From: Candidatus Bathyarchaeia archaeon
GTDB taxonomy: Archaea > Thermoproteota > Bathyarchaeia > Bathyarchaeales > Bathycorpusculaceae
NCBI GenBank assembly: GCA_035542975.1
Contig: DATKKK010000040.1
Location: 13,857-77,856, forward strand
Reading direction: 5' to 3'
Length of the DNA stretch: 64,000 nucleotides
Translations under genes and position numbers: made by a program
The notes under the pieces: model-generated
Told to the model about the DNA's origin: nothing
The model's input: only the letters and a program-made list of their open reading frames with translations
The model's database searches: none
Shown: positions 53,957 to 62,906 of the stretch, piece by piece
Layout of the letters: each line of letters begins with the position of its first letter
Position numbering within the stretch: position 1 is the first letter of the stretch

Positions 53957-55240
53957 CTATTGGTGTTCTCCGTAATGCGCTGTACAGGTGACTAGGTCGA
54001 GTATGTCTATTTTTCCATATGGAACAACTAAGTCTGCTTCTGGAATCCAGTTCCGCTCTCCTTCTTTACAGCCGTAAATTGACGCTATGGCAACTATGTC
54101 GAGTATGTTAACGGCATCATCGAAATTTACATCTCCAAATAGGAACTTTGGGACACCCTCGACACTACTTGGAAGGTCCACGGCACAATCTAATCCGTTC
54201 CACGGTGGCCAGGGGTTCCCTGGGTGTGGGAACCCGCTGATGGTTAAGTCGATTATGCCTAATTGAAGTGCATCAACTGTGAATGACGGGGGAAGTTCGC
54301 ATGTAGCGTTGAAGTGCACTACGGCTATGCGTCCCTGCCCCTCGACTGGTGTGTGGGTTCCGTCGGCAGCTGGAAGTCCGATGAAGCATATCCAAGCCAA
54401 GCCCGTTGCGTCGTTGGTTTCGTTTTTGATTATGAATACTCCCCCCGGCCAAAATGAAGCGAACCAGCTGTCAGGGTCAACTGTAACGCCTAGCCCATGT
54501 AAAAGAGTTGAGTTGTAAGTCAACTTGAACTCGAAGCCTGCAACATCCCATTCTGGGCTTAGGTCTCCGTGGAGTAGATTCATCAGCGGTATGTTCACAT
54601 TGAATGTGTGGTTATAGACAGGGTGATAGGTGGTTGGTGATACTTTGAGCAATGGTTCTGGCGAGTAGATGTGTTCTAGTGGAAGAATTGTAACCTGCAT
54701 GCTAACGTCGTCATGGGGTATTGGGTTACCACTAGCGTCTGCGAGTGTGGCTGAGGTTATTTGTACATTGAAAACAGCCGCGTCTTCACCTGGAGCTGGT
54801 TGCTTTACGATCACAAACTCCATGTCGAAGCAACTTGCTGTACCAGTGAATGGTGCAGCAGGTGACAATGAAGCTTCAGCAACCCAGTACATGGTTCCAG
54901 CTGCGGAACCCGGCATGTTTGCTGTTTCGTCAACGTCGTTTTTGAGTGGGGTCGTAGGCGAGTTTAGCGGTAGGCGCTTGTTGTGGCCAACGTAGTTTAT
55001 CCATTCTGGGTTCCAGCCAATCTGGATGTCAACACCGTAGAGTCCAGTGACGTTTATCCATCCGTCAATCGTGAAGTGAGTTCCAACGCATGAGGCCGAT
55101 CCGAAGACTTCTGTGGTAAGACCTGTTGTGTGATCTCTGATTTTGAATGATGGGTTTGGTCCTGCTTTGGTGATTTGTATGCCAATCATTAAGGCACTCA
55201 CTTGAAGCATTATTATCATACATAATGTTTTCTTCGACAA
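53957..55240 (-). CDS. Secreted protein with two cohesin-like modules and a C-terminal dockerin-like module
   Basis: Start taken at the TTG at 55240 ((M)SKKTLCMIIMLQVSALMIGIQITKA signal peptide; ATG alternative at 55219). Two ~150-aa beta-rich modules. C-terminus GDVNFDDAVNILDIVAI...GKIDILDLVTCTAHYGEHQ. The upstream 74 codons of the track ORF look non-coding. Confidence 0.7.
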   Translation of the reverse strand: MSKKTLCMIIMLQVSALMIGIQITKAGPNPSFKIRDHTTGLTTEVFGSASCVGTHFTIDGWINVTGLYGVDIQIGWNPEWINYVGHNKRLPLNSPTTPLKNDVDETANMPGSAAGTMYWVAEASLSPAAPFTGTASCFDMEFVIVKQPAPGEDAAVFNVQITSATLADASGNPIPHDDVSMQVTILPLEHIYSPEPLLKVSPTTYHPVYNHTFNVNIPLMNLLHGDLSPEWDVAGFEFKLTYNSTLLHGLGVTVDPDSWFASFWPGGVFIIKNETNDATGLAWICFIGLPAADGTHTPVEGQGRIAVVHFNATCELPPSFTVDALQLGIIDLTISGFPHPGNPWPPWNGLDCAVDLPSSVEGVPKFLFGDVNFDDAVNILDIVAIASIYGCKEGERNWIPEADLVVPYGKIDILDLVTCTAHYGEHQ

Positions 55241-55588
55241 TTTCCTCTCCCCTACTAATATCTGTAGTTCAATCAATACATAAAAATTGCGGATAAATGT
55301 TCTATATAACCTCGCATACGCAGATATCTGGCTTTTGAAACAAAGTTCTATCATGGCTGCATCATCTAAGGCGTAAACGTTCGTTAGCGCGCGCGTCGTC
55401 ATGGTGTTAAAATATATAGTGTTGGGATAAATAGTGAGAGGTAAAAGGACGTGAACGCACAAGCTAACATAATTGCATTAACGTATCCCGAAAACATGGC
55501 AACCCAAGGATGATTACGGTTGCTAAGGAAAGCATCGACTTGCTTATGGCTATGTCGAAGATTCATGAATGTACATCTTTTGCCCTAG

Positions 55589-55970
55589 GAGAACGCTTAC
55601 GATGCAGCTTTGTACTCCGTGCGCAAGATAATTGCGAAGAAGGCGAATAGGCTGCAATACCTAAAGATACATTTCCACACCTTCAGACACTTCCGAGGAA
55701 CCTTCGGCGTGTAGAACGGCGTGCCGCTTCCCGACATGCAATACAAACTTGGTCATAAAACTTTGATGGCAACTGGAAAATACGTTCATTGGGTGCAAGG
55801 AACTTTCCCACCCGACAAACAATAACTACAAATTCGCAGCCGTAGACACGCTTGAGGCTGTGGGCAAACTTGTCGAAACTGGTTGGCAATACGTTACGAA
55901 CATGGACGACGGTGGAAAGATAAAGGAGTCTTTCGGCGTCCAGCATGATAAACAATGTCGCCACAAGTAA
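55589..55970 (+). pseudogene. Tyrosine recombinase/integrase fragment (C-terminal catalytic half; stops and a frameshift)
   Basis: Own translation: ...IAKKANRLQYLKIHFHTFRHFRGTFGV*(TAG 55712)NGVPLPDMQYKLGHKTLMATGKYVHWVQGTFPPDKQ*(TAA 55823), then shifted frame ...YKFAAVDTLEAVGKLVETGWQYVTNMDDGGKIKESFGV... to 55970. HxxR and LGH-x9-Y box II motifs are present; the N-terminal half is absent. Confidence 0.7.
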
Positions 55971-55990
55971 ACTATTACGCACACGAGTAC

Positions 55991-56010
55991 GACATTAAGT
56001 TTAATAGTTT
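55991..56010 (+). repeat. Right 20-nt direct repeat GACATTAAGTTTAATAGTTT
   Basis: Identical to 53791-53810; lies 25-34 nt upstream of the psmB start. Confidence 0.85.
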
Positions 56011-56034
56011 GTCCGTGCATAACAACGCAAAAAG

Positions 56035-56664
56035 GTGTCAAGCATGGAAAAGCAGTCACAACAAGGTGAATACATGTGGATTCCTGGCGCCACTACTGTG
56101 GGCGTAGCAGTCAAAAGCGGTGTCATATTAGCCTCTGAAAAACGAGTCTCATACGGCAACATGATCATGAGCAGAGGAGGCAAAAAAGTGTTCAAGATAA
56201 CCGACCGCATAGGCGTAGCGTGCGCTGGACTAGTTTCCGACATGCAAATCCTATCACGCGAAGTAGAAGCATACACCAGCCTGTTCAACCTTGACGTTGG
56301 CAGACAAATATCCGTGCGTTCAGCAGCCAAACTCATGTCAAATCTTCTCTTCGGCAGACGACTCGCACCATTAATCACGAACACTATCGTCGGAGGAGTA
56401 GACAGCGAAGGCCCATCCATCTACGTACTGGACGTTCTAGGCTCAGTAATCCCCGACAAATACGCGGTCGTGGGTTCTGGAACAGAAATCGCCATAGGAG
56501 TGGTCGAGGAAGGATACAAAGAAGACATGAACCTCGAAGAGGCAAAGGAACTGGTCACGAGAGCAATTAAATCCGCCATAAGCCGAGACGTCATGAGCGG
56601 TGACGGAATAGACTTTCTCACAATAACCAAGGAAGGCACGGCTGAAGAATCGATAAAATTCTAA
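56035..56664 (+). CDS. psmB: Proteasome beta subunit
   Basis: Propeptide, then GATTVGVAVKSGVILASEKRVS... (Thr1 context), ...GLVSDMQ..., ...VGSG. GTG at 56035 or ATG at 56044. Confidence 0.9.
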   Translation: MSSMEKQSQQGEYMWIPGATTVGVAVKSGVILASEKRVSYGNMIMSRGGKKVFKITDRIGVACAGLVSDMQILSREVEAYTSLFNLDVGRQISVRSAAKLMSNLLFGRRLAPLITNTIVGGVDSEGPSIYVLDVLGSVIPDKYAVVGSGTEIAIGVVEEGYKEDMNLEEAKELVTRAIKSAISRDVMSGDGIDFLTITKEGTAEESIKF

Positions 56665-56739
56665 AACCGCAACTCTTTTTGAAAAGCTTAAACCCTGTTC
56701 GCAACAAACAATCATTCACCCTCTAACGGTGAAAAAAGG

Positions 56740-57366
56740 TTGTCATTCGAGCTAACCCAGAAAGAAGGCGAAACACTAGTTAGGCTCGCACGAAAGGCTG
56801 TAGAAGAATACCTGAAAACCCGAAAGCAAATAAATGTTCCAGCAGACATCCCCAAGAAATTTCTGCAGCCATGCGGAGTATTCGTCACTATAAACAGTAT
56901 CAAAAAAGGAGAAAAAGAACTGAGAGGATGCATCGGCTACCCGTATCCAACTGCACCACTAGCCCAAGCAGTCATCGACTCAGCTATCAACGCCGCCACC
57001 CAAGACCCTCGTTTCGAACCGCTCACGTTAGCTGAGCTTAACAACGTGGTTTTCGAAGTGAGTGTGCTCACACCGCCTGAGGTGGTGGAAGCAAAGAAGG
57101 CAAATGAGTATCCTTCTAAAATCAAGGTTGGAAAAGACGGGTTGATCGTTGAAAGAGGCATGTTCAAAGGGTTGCTGTTGCCTCAGGTGCCTGTTGAGTG
57201 GGAATGGAATGAAGAAGAATTCCTATGCCAATGCAGCATCAAAGCAGGCTTACCGCCCGATTGCTGGCTTATGAACGGCACCAGAATCTACAGGTTTCAA
57301 GCCATAATCTTTGAAGAGAAAACACCTAAAGGCGAAATCGAAAGCAAACCCCTCGGCGGGAAATAA
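56740..57366 (+). CDS. AMMECR1-domain protein
   Basis: ...PCGVFVTINSIKKGEKELRGCIGYPYPTAPLAQAVIDSAINAATQDPRFEPL...LLLPQVP...; TTG start. Confidence 0.85.
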   Translation: MSFELTQKEGETLVRLARKAVEEYLKTRKQINVPADIPKKFLQPCGVFVTINSIKKGEKELRGCIGYPYPTAPLAQAVIDSAINAATQDPRFEPLTLAELNNVVFEVSVLTPPEVVEAKKANEYPSKIKVGKDGLIVERGMFKGLLLPQVPVEWEWNEEEFLCQCSIKAGLPPDCWLMNGTRIYRFQAIIFEEKTPKGEIESKPLGGK

Positions 57367-57370
57367 CTCG

Positions 57371-58546
57371 ATGCGGGTCTACTTCGCTCCATGCGGCATC
57401 GGTCTAGGACATGTCGGAAGAGCAGTTCCAATAGCAAAAAGACTGGCAGAGAAAAACGCCGAAATAGTTTTTTCCACTTACCGAGAAGGAGCATCTTACA
57501 TCAAAAAAGAAAAGCTACCGCTCATCGAAGCCCCACCCATCGGCTTCCAAGTAAAACCAGACGGAACAATAGACTTCAGACAGACAGCCATCAACCCAGG
57601 CCCGTTTCTAACTTACTTCATCGTGTTAAAGCAGGTTGGCGCTGAAATCAACGCCATTGAAAGATTCAAGCCTGACATCATCGTGTCAGATTCTCGTATC
57701 TCACCGCTTCTAGCCGCAAGAGCGCTGCGAATACCCAGAATCTGCGTACTAAACCAGTTTCAAGTAATAATTCCGAGAAAAAAGCGTTTTCTGCGTCTGG
57801 CACGGCTTGCAGACTTCGGAACGCTTACGCTCGTTGGTAAAATGTGGACAAGCGGCAACACGGTGCTGATACCAGACTTTCCTCCACCGTACACGATATG
57901 CATGGGTAATCTGCACATTCCCAAAAACTACAAGAAAAACGTCAAACTGATAGGACCAATACTGCCCACACATCCAGATAAACTGCCAACTCAAGAAACG
58001 CTTCGCGCGAAGCTAAAATTGCCATCTGAGAAACCAGTTGTTTTCGTGCCAATAAGCGGTCCCATAAAAGAAAGAGCTTTCCTCACGGGAATTTTAAGGA
58101 AGCTGCTTCTAGAATTCCCAGAAAAATATGAAGTGATCGTGTCGCTTGGTTATCCAAATGCTAGTGATAAATCTATCCATCATGGCAACGTAACCATGTA
58201 CAATTGGATTTCCAACCGCTTTGAATACTTGAAGGCTTGCGACATGGTGATAGCACGCGCGGGGCACGGCACTATAACACAGTGCATGTGCTACGGCAAA
58301 CCAATGATACTCATACCCACACCAAGTCACACAGAACAGCTCAGCAATGCGAAACAAGCCGCTGACCTAGGCGTCGCCAAGATTATTCAGCAAGAAAACG
58401 TTACCAAAGAGAAACTTTTAGAAAAAGTAGAGCAAATACTCGAAAGTGATATGCGTGAAAAGCTTGCCGAAATGCAGAAAGAAGTGCTAAAGTATAATGG
58501 CTTAGAAAACGCCGTCAACACCATAACGCAGATTGCTGAAAAATAA
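57371..58546 (+). CDS. GT-B glycosyltransferase (MurG/GT28-GT1-like)
   Basis: Start taken at the ATG at 57371: MRVYFAPCGIGLGHVGRAVPIAKRL...; C-terminal ...ARAGHGTITQCMCYGKPMILIPTPSHTEQLSNA. Confidence 0.75.
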   Translation: MRVYFAPCGIGLGHVGRAVPIAKRLAEKNAEIVFSTYREGASYIKKEKLPLIEAPPIGFQVKPDGTIDFRQTAINPGPFLTYFIVLKQVGAEINAIERFKPDIIVSDSRISPLLAARALRIPRICVLNQFQVIIPRKKRFLRLARLADFGTLTLVGKMWTSGNTVLIPDFPPPYTICMGNLHIPKNYKKNVKLIGPILPTHPDKLPTQETLRAKLKLPSEKPVVFVPISGPIKERAFLTGILRKLLLEFPEKYEVIVSLGYPNASDKSIHHGNVTMYNWISNRFEYLKACDMVIARAGHGTITQCMCYGKPMILIPTPSHTEQLSNAKQAADLGVAKIIQQENVTKEKLLEKVEQILESDMREKLAEMQKEVLKYNGLENAVNTITQIAEK

Positions 58547-58583
58547 GCAAGTGTTTTAAGTTGACAAATAAAGAGTAAATTAT

Positions 58584-59450
58584 ATGTTCTTGCCGCGAAA
58601 GATTTTGGAAAAGAAGCTTCAAGCAATGCTTGCAGAAGACTTGGGACAAGGAGACATAACTACCGCACTAATCATCCCACCAGAATGTATCTCAGAAGCA
58701 GAAGTAAGAGCAAAAGAGGCAGGAATCGCAGCAGGAATCGAAGAAGCAACAATTCTGCTCGAAAGCCTAGGACTAAAGGTTGAGGTACAAGCTGTTGACG
58801 GAGACAAAATCAAACCAAAACAAGCATTGATGAAGGTTTCAGGAAACACGCGCACCATACTCTCTGCAGAACGGACAACCCTAAACATTATTTCGCGTAT
58901 GAGCGGAATCGCAACCATTACTCTAAGGCTCGTGGAAAAACTACAAAAGAGCAAACTCGAAACCAAAGTTGCATGTACACGAAAAACTGCGCCAGGTCTT
59001 CTGTACTTCGACAAGAAAGCTGTATTCATAGGCGGCGGCGATGCACACAGGCTTCATCTGGACGACATGATTCTAATAAAAGATAATCATCTTGCCGTGG
59101 CTGGGAGTGTTGAAAAAGCTGTAGGACAAGTTAAAGCAAAAGCATCTTTCACTAAGAAAGTGGAGGTTGAAGTGTCAAACGTTGAAGACGCTCTGGTAGC
59201 AGCAGAAGCAGGCGTAGACATAATCATGTTTGACAATTTCTCTCCAAAACAGATAGAAAAGACTATCAGATTGATGAAGAAGAAGGGGTTGTTTGGAAAA
59301 GCCTTGCTTGAAGCCAGTGGTGGAATAACCGAAGAAAACATCCTTTCATTTGCTCGAACTGGCGTTGATGTTGTAAGTTTAGGCGAAATAACTCACAGTC
59401 CCAAGGCACTGAACATGAGTTTGGATATTACGAAAACCAAGAAAAACTGA
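58584..59450 (+). CDS. nadC: Nicotinate-nucleotide pyrophosphorylase (quinolinate phosphoribosyltransferase)
   Basis: ...ERTTLNIISRMSGIAT...TRKTAPGLL.FDKKAV.IGGGD.HRL.L.D..LIKDNH...MFDNF...EASGGI. Confidence 0.9.
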   Translation: MFLPRKILEKKLQAMLAEDLGQGDITTALIIPPECISEAEVRAKEAGIAAGIEEATILLESLGLKVEVQAVDGDKIKPKQALMKVSGNTRTILSAERTTLNIISRMSGIATITLRLVEKLQKSKLETKVACTRKTAPGLLYFDKKAVFIGGGDAHRLHLDDMILIKDNHLAVAGSVEKAVGQVKAKASFTKKVEVEVSNVEDALVAAEAGVDIIMFDNFSPKQIEKTIRLMKKKGLFGKALLEASGGITEENILSFARTGVDVVSLGEITHSPKALNMSLDITKTKKN

Positions 59451-59463
59451 TTTGGACAAGGTT

Positions 59464-60024
59464 TCAATCGAGCGCTTTTATTATAACCATCTCTATTAAT
59501 GCGGCTGCCAGAAGTATAACCATGCAAACCAGAATCAGAATCAAAGCGTTTACCAATTCATTCTTAGCTCTGCGTTTTATAATAGACCAAGCAAGCCAAA
59601 CGCTCTCAGAAAACGCAATAGAATACGCCAAAAACTCCATCCAAGTAAACGGATAGAAAAACAAAAGAAGCAAAACAAGGACAGGAGACAAATTGAAACC
59701 CTCTGCATAGGTTTCAGCACCAATCACTAACCCTGTGTTGTACATTACCATGGCTCCGAAAATCGGTCCCACAAAAGGTATGAAAGTTACCAAACTTATC
59801 ACAAAATTGTTCCTAAAAATGTATAGAGTACCAGATAGCAAAGATGTGTTCCGAACCTGTTGCCGGGTTTCGTTAAGACTGTTGTTTTCTTCTTCAGCCT
59901 GTTGCAGACTCATAGGAGTAAGTGCTCCCGCTGCCGCAACAACTATAAGAAGGATGAAAGCTACTCCAACAGCCAATAACCTTTTTCTGCGCGAGGAAGA
60001 AGCTTTCCAGAATTCAATAGCCAA
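59464..60024 (-). CDS. SpoIIM-like (DUF95) membrane protein
   Basis: ...LYIFRNNFVISLVTFIPFVGPIFGAMVMYNTGLVIG... with 5 TM. Confidence 0.65.
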   Translation of the reverse strand: MAIEFWKASSSRRKRLLAVGVAFILLIVVAAAGALTPMSLQQAEEENNSLNETRQQVRNTSLLSGTLYIFRNNFVISLVTFIPFVGPIFGAMVMYNTGLVIGAETYAEGFNLSPVLVLLLLFFYPFTWMEFLAYSIAFSESVWLAWSIIKRRAKNELVNALILILVCMVILLAAALIEMVIIKALD

Positions 60025-60040
60025 TTTTTGTTTCTGCTCC

Positions 60041-60742
60041 TCATTTTTTCGGGTTTATTTCAAGTATTCTAAAGCCTCTTGCAGTTGGATTTAACATTTC
60101 CATGATATTAACCTTCTTCAAAATTTCTTGTGTATCCTCCGCGTGTCCTCTAACATCATGCTCTGCGGTTATAAGAGAGTAAAGATAAACACTCTTCTCA
60201 GTTAGCCTAGGCTGACATTTAGAAGGCAACCCCAATAAAACTGGTTGATTTTCTTTCATGGCTCTTTCGCAAGTATATAGAATCGCATGTGCTCCTGACG
60301 TTAACTCCGCAATCCTTACAGGAATGCTTTCTTTTCCGATAGCTAAAACCTCAGCATCATATTTTTGAGTGATTTCACCAGCAATCCGTCTCAACCTGGG
60401 CAAAATCTTCAACAGATGATGCTTCGCTTTCCCAGAAAGCCTCATGTTAGAAAACTCGATCGGAGACAACTGTTCAAGCGGCATCGCGCCTAACGACATA
60501 TCCAGATGCACGACATCAGCTTTCACCTTTCCCATCAAGTCTCTGCAAAGCTCAGCCTCATGCACGATGACCTCTTGACCCTTCTCAGCTGGCACGAATA
60601 TGGGTTCAGCCAAAACTGCGCTATTCTCTCTGTATGGTGGATTGACTAACACGGATGCAGCTGCAACGATGGATAATGGTTCAAACTTGTCATTCAATAT
60701 GGCAGCTGAGGAGTCTGCTGCGATTATCCTCAATTGTTTCAC
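60041..60742 (-). CDS. Conserved archaeal hypothetical protein
   Basis: 233 aa, soluble, good coding signal (…ADVVHLDMSLGAMPLEQL…AILYTCERAM…). Family not confidently recognised. Confidence 0.5.
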   Translation of the reverse strand: MKQLRIIAADSSAAILNDKFEPLSIVAAASVLVNPPYRENSAVLAEPIFVPAEKGQEVIVHEAELCRDLMGKVKADVVHLDMSLGAMPLEQLSPIEFSNMRLSGKAKHHLLKILPRLRRIAGEITQKYDAEVLAIGKESIPVRIAELTSGAHAILYTCERAMKENQPVLLGLPSKCQPRLTEKSVYLYSLITAEHDVRGHAEDTQEILKKVNIMEMLNPTARGFRILEINPKK

Positions 60743-60787
60743 CTTGCTTCCTATAAAGCTGCTTTAGCAGAATTTAGCTTTGCTGTT

Positions 60788-61405
60788 TCAATCCACTGAA
60801 GGTTTAAAACCCATGGCTAGAATGAACATTTCTGAGCTTTTGGCTCGGCTTGCCTGAGGCTTTATCACCTTCACAACGTCAAAATGCCTCTTGACTTTCT
60901 GAACAAAGTCGTCTAGCATGTCTCCTTGGAAAACTTTGACGAAAAAGTTGCCCGAAGGTTGGAGCGTCTCTGAAGCAATTTCCAGCGCTCGCTGTGCCAG
61001 ATCAATCTGGCGTGCATGGTCAACTTCCCATATTCCAGAAATGTTAGGTGATGCGTCTGAGGTTATAACGTCAGCTTTTCTGGGCAGCATCTCCAAGATT
61101 TGTTGGCATGTTTCTGGTTCGGTTATGTCGCCCATTATTGTTCGAATATAGTCTTGAGGAAAAGGTTCGATGTCTCTTAAGTCAACTCCCAAGATGAAGC
61201 CTTTGTTTCCGATGATTTTTTTTGCAACTTGAATCCAGCCGCCTGGTGCTGCACCTAAATCCAGAACAACGTCGCCGTATTTTATGAAGTGGTATTTGTT
61301 GTTGGCTTGCGAGAGCTTGTAGGATGCTCTTGAACGGTATTTTTCTTCCTTAGCCTTCTGGTAATAGTAGTCTCTTTTTCTATCCTGTATCCATGCTTTG
61401 GGCAC
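60788..61405 (-). CDS. rlmE: 23S rRNA 2'-O-methyltransferase RlmE/FtsJ
   Basis: ...YRSRASYKLSQANNKYHFIKYGDVVLDLGAAPGGWIQVA...DVITSDASPNISG...VKVFQG; GTG start. Confidence 0.9.
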   Translation of the reverse strand: MPKAWIQDRKRDYYYQKAKEEKYRSRASYKLSQANNKYHFIKYGDVVLDLGAAPGGWIQVAKKIIGNKGFILGVDLRDIEPFPQDYIRTIMGDITEPETCQQILEMLPRKADVITSDASPNISGIWEVDHARQIDLAQRALEIASETLQPSGNFFVKVFQGDMLDDFVQKVKRHFDVVKVIKPQASRAKSSEMFILAMGFKPSVD

Positions 61406-61407
61406 GA

Positions 61408-61809
61408 CTAGCTGTCACCCACTCCTTCAGGCGTGTCTTTAGCGATGTACAGAAGCCATTCGGTTAGTCGTTCGCATGTTTGCGGTGAGATTGTGCTGGA
61501 TGGGTCACATCGGGGGTTGTCGTGGCACATCAGACAGGGGCAGTCTGATATTGTTTCTATCGAAGCAGGAAGCCGTTTAGGAAAAAGCCTATACGTCCAT
61601 CTTCCTTCGCAAAGCTCCTTCTGTCTGCGAATTAGTCCTTTATTCTCTAGTTTTATAGAGATTCTTGAGCCTTCTCGGCTGCTTGCGCTAAGTTCACGCC
61701 ACAAGTCCGATTGAAGCACGCCCTCAAAACCTGTGTTCATCACAAATTGGAGCGCTTTTTGTTCCAAGTCATTCCGTTTCGGCATCTTTACCAGTTCCAA
61801 GCCTTCCAT
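61408..61809 (-). CDS. Winged-helix DNA-binding protein with a C-terminal Cys cluster
   Basis: ...GVLQSDLWRELSASSREGSRISIKLENKGLIRRQKE... plus CPCLMCHDNPRC. Ends 3 nt before the rlmE start. Confidence 0.55.
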   Translation of the reverse strand: MEGLELVKMPKRNDLEQKALQFVMNTGFEGVLQSDLWRELSASSREGSRISIKLENKGLIRRQKELCEGRWTYRLFPKRLPASIETISDCPCLMCHDNPRCDPSSTISPQTCERLTEWLLYIAKDTPEGVGDS

Positions 61810-61865
61810 CCTAATATATATACGATTTTGGATAAAAAGATGTATGTTTAGAACATAAAAAGTTC

Positions 61866-62906
61866 ATGTTGAAGGACGCGAGAATGACAACGAAAAAAAC
61901 AGACAAAGCTTGCTGTTTAGGGATCGAGTCAACAGCAGACGACTTTGGCGTTGGAATAGCCACGTTTAAAGGAGAGATTCTGGCAAATGTGAGAAGCGAT
62001 TATGTTCCACCCGAAGGCGGCATCCACCCACGCGAAGCAGCAAGACACCATGCGGAAGTCGCAGACAAAGCGTTGGAAGAAGCTTTTGCAAAGTCAAAAA
62101 TCAAACCTAAGAATTTAACTGCCATAGCGTTTTCTCAAGGACCAGGATTAGGTCCATGCCTTCGAACGGGTGCCACAGTGTCCCGTGCCTTGTCTTCTTA
62201 TCTTGATCTTCCGCTTGTCGGGGTTAACCATTGTGTGGCGCATATTGAGATTGGAAAACTGAAGACTGGCGCTGTGGATCCTGTGACGCTTTATGTTTCT
62301 GGAGGGAACACGATTGTTGCGGCTTTTGAGGGAGGGCGTTACAGGGTTTTTGGTGAGACGTTGGACATTGCTCTTGGAAACTGTTTGGACGTGTTCGCAA
62401 GAGAGGCTGGGCTGCGGCAAGCGTCGGGTATGCCTTTTGGGGCAGTTATCGAAAAACTTGCGGTAGACGGAAAGAAGCTGATTCCATTGCCTTATGCCGT
62501 TAAGGGCATGGATCTTTCTTTAAGCGGTTTGCTGACCGCGGCAGTTAACCTGTTCAAGAAGAAAAAATGTAGGCTTGAGGATTTGTGTTACAGTCTTCAG
62601 GAGACGGCGTTTTCTATGGTCACTGAGGTTACTGAAAGAGCTCTGGCGCATACTGAAAAAAAGGAAGTTCTGCTGACTGGTGGTGTGGCTTCTAACAAGA
62701 GGTTGCAGTCGATGATTAATGACATTGCGAAAGAGCATAATGCTAGTTTTTGTGTTGTGCCTAGTGAGTTTGCCGTTGACAACGGTGCCATGGTTGCGTG
62801 GACTGGAGTTTTGACTTACACACATGGTGTGGTGACGCCTGTAGAGAAGAGTTTTGTTAAACTGCGGTGGCGACTGGAAGAGGTTGAGGTCCCTTGGGTG
62901 AAATGA
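61866..62906 (+). CDS. kae1: tRNA N6-adenosine threonylcarbamoyltransferase Kae1
   Basis: ...CLGIESTADDFGVGI...HPREAARHH...FSQGPGLGPCLRTG...VNHCVAHIE...VSGGNT...GGVASN. Not fused to Bud32. Confidence 0.95.
   Translation: MLKDARMTTKKTDKACCLGIESTADDFGVGIATFKGEILANVRSDYVPPEGGIHPREAARHHAEVADKALEEAFAKSKIKPKNLTAIAFSQGPGLGPCLRTGATVSRALSSYLDLPLVGVNHCVAHIEIGKLKTGAVDPVTLYVSGGNTIVAAFEGGRYRVFGETLDIALGNCLDVFAREAGLRQASGMPFGAVIEKLAVDGKKLIPLPYAVKGMDLSLSGLLTAAVNLFKKKKCRLEDLCYSLQETAFSMVTEVTERALAHTEKKEVLLTGGVASNKRLQSMINDIAKEHNASFCVVPSEFAVDNGAMVAWTGVLTYTHGVVTPVEKSFVKLRWRLEEVEVPWVK

Larger units (their letters stand above)
53791..56010. mobile_element. Remnant of an integrated element (2.2 kb) bounded by 20-nt direct repeats; cargo is a cohesin/dockerin-like gene; the integrase is decayed
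   Basis: Direct repeats exactly 2200 bp apart. A tyrosine-recombinase fragment abuts the right repeat. The insert separates divergent ogt and psmB, each retaining one repeat copy containing TATA-like TTTAATAG. Confidence 0.65.

Noticed and set aside
55683-55982. The 99-aa minus-strand ORF at 55683-55982 as the real gene of this region.
   Set aside because: The opposite strand gives clear tyrosine-recombinase box II motifs (HTFRH, LGH...Y). The minus ORF has no recognisable features and is best explained as a shadow of the decayed integrase.
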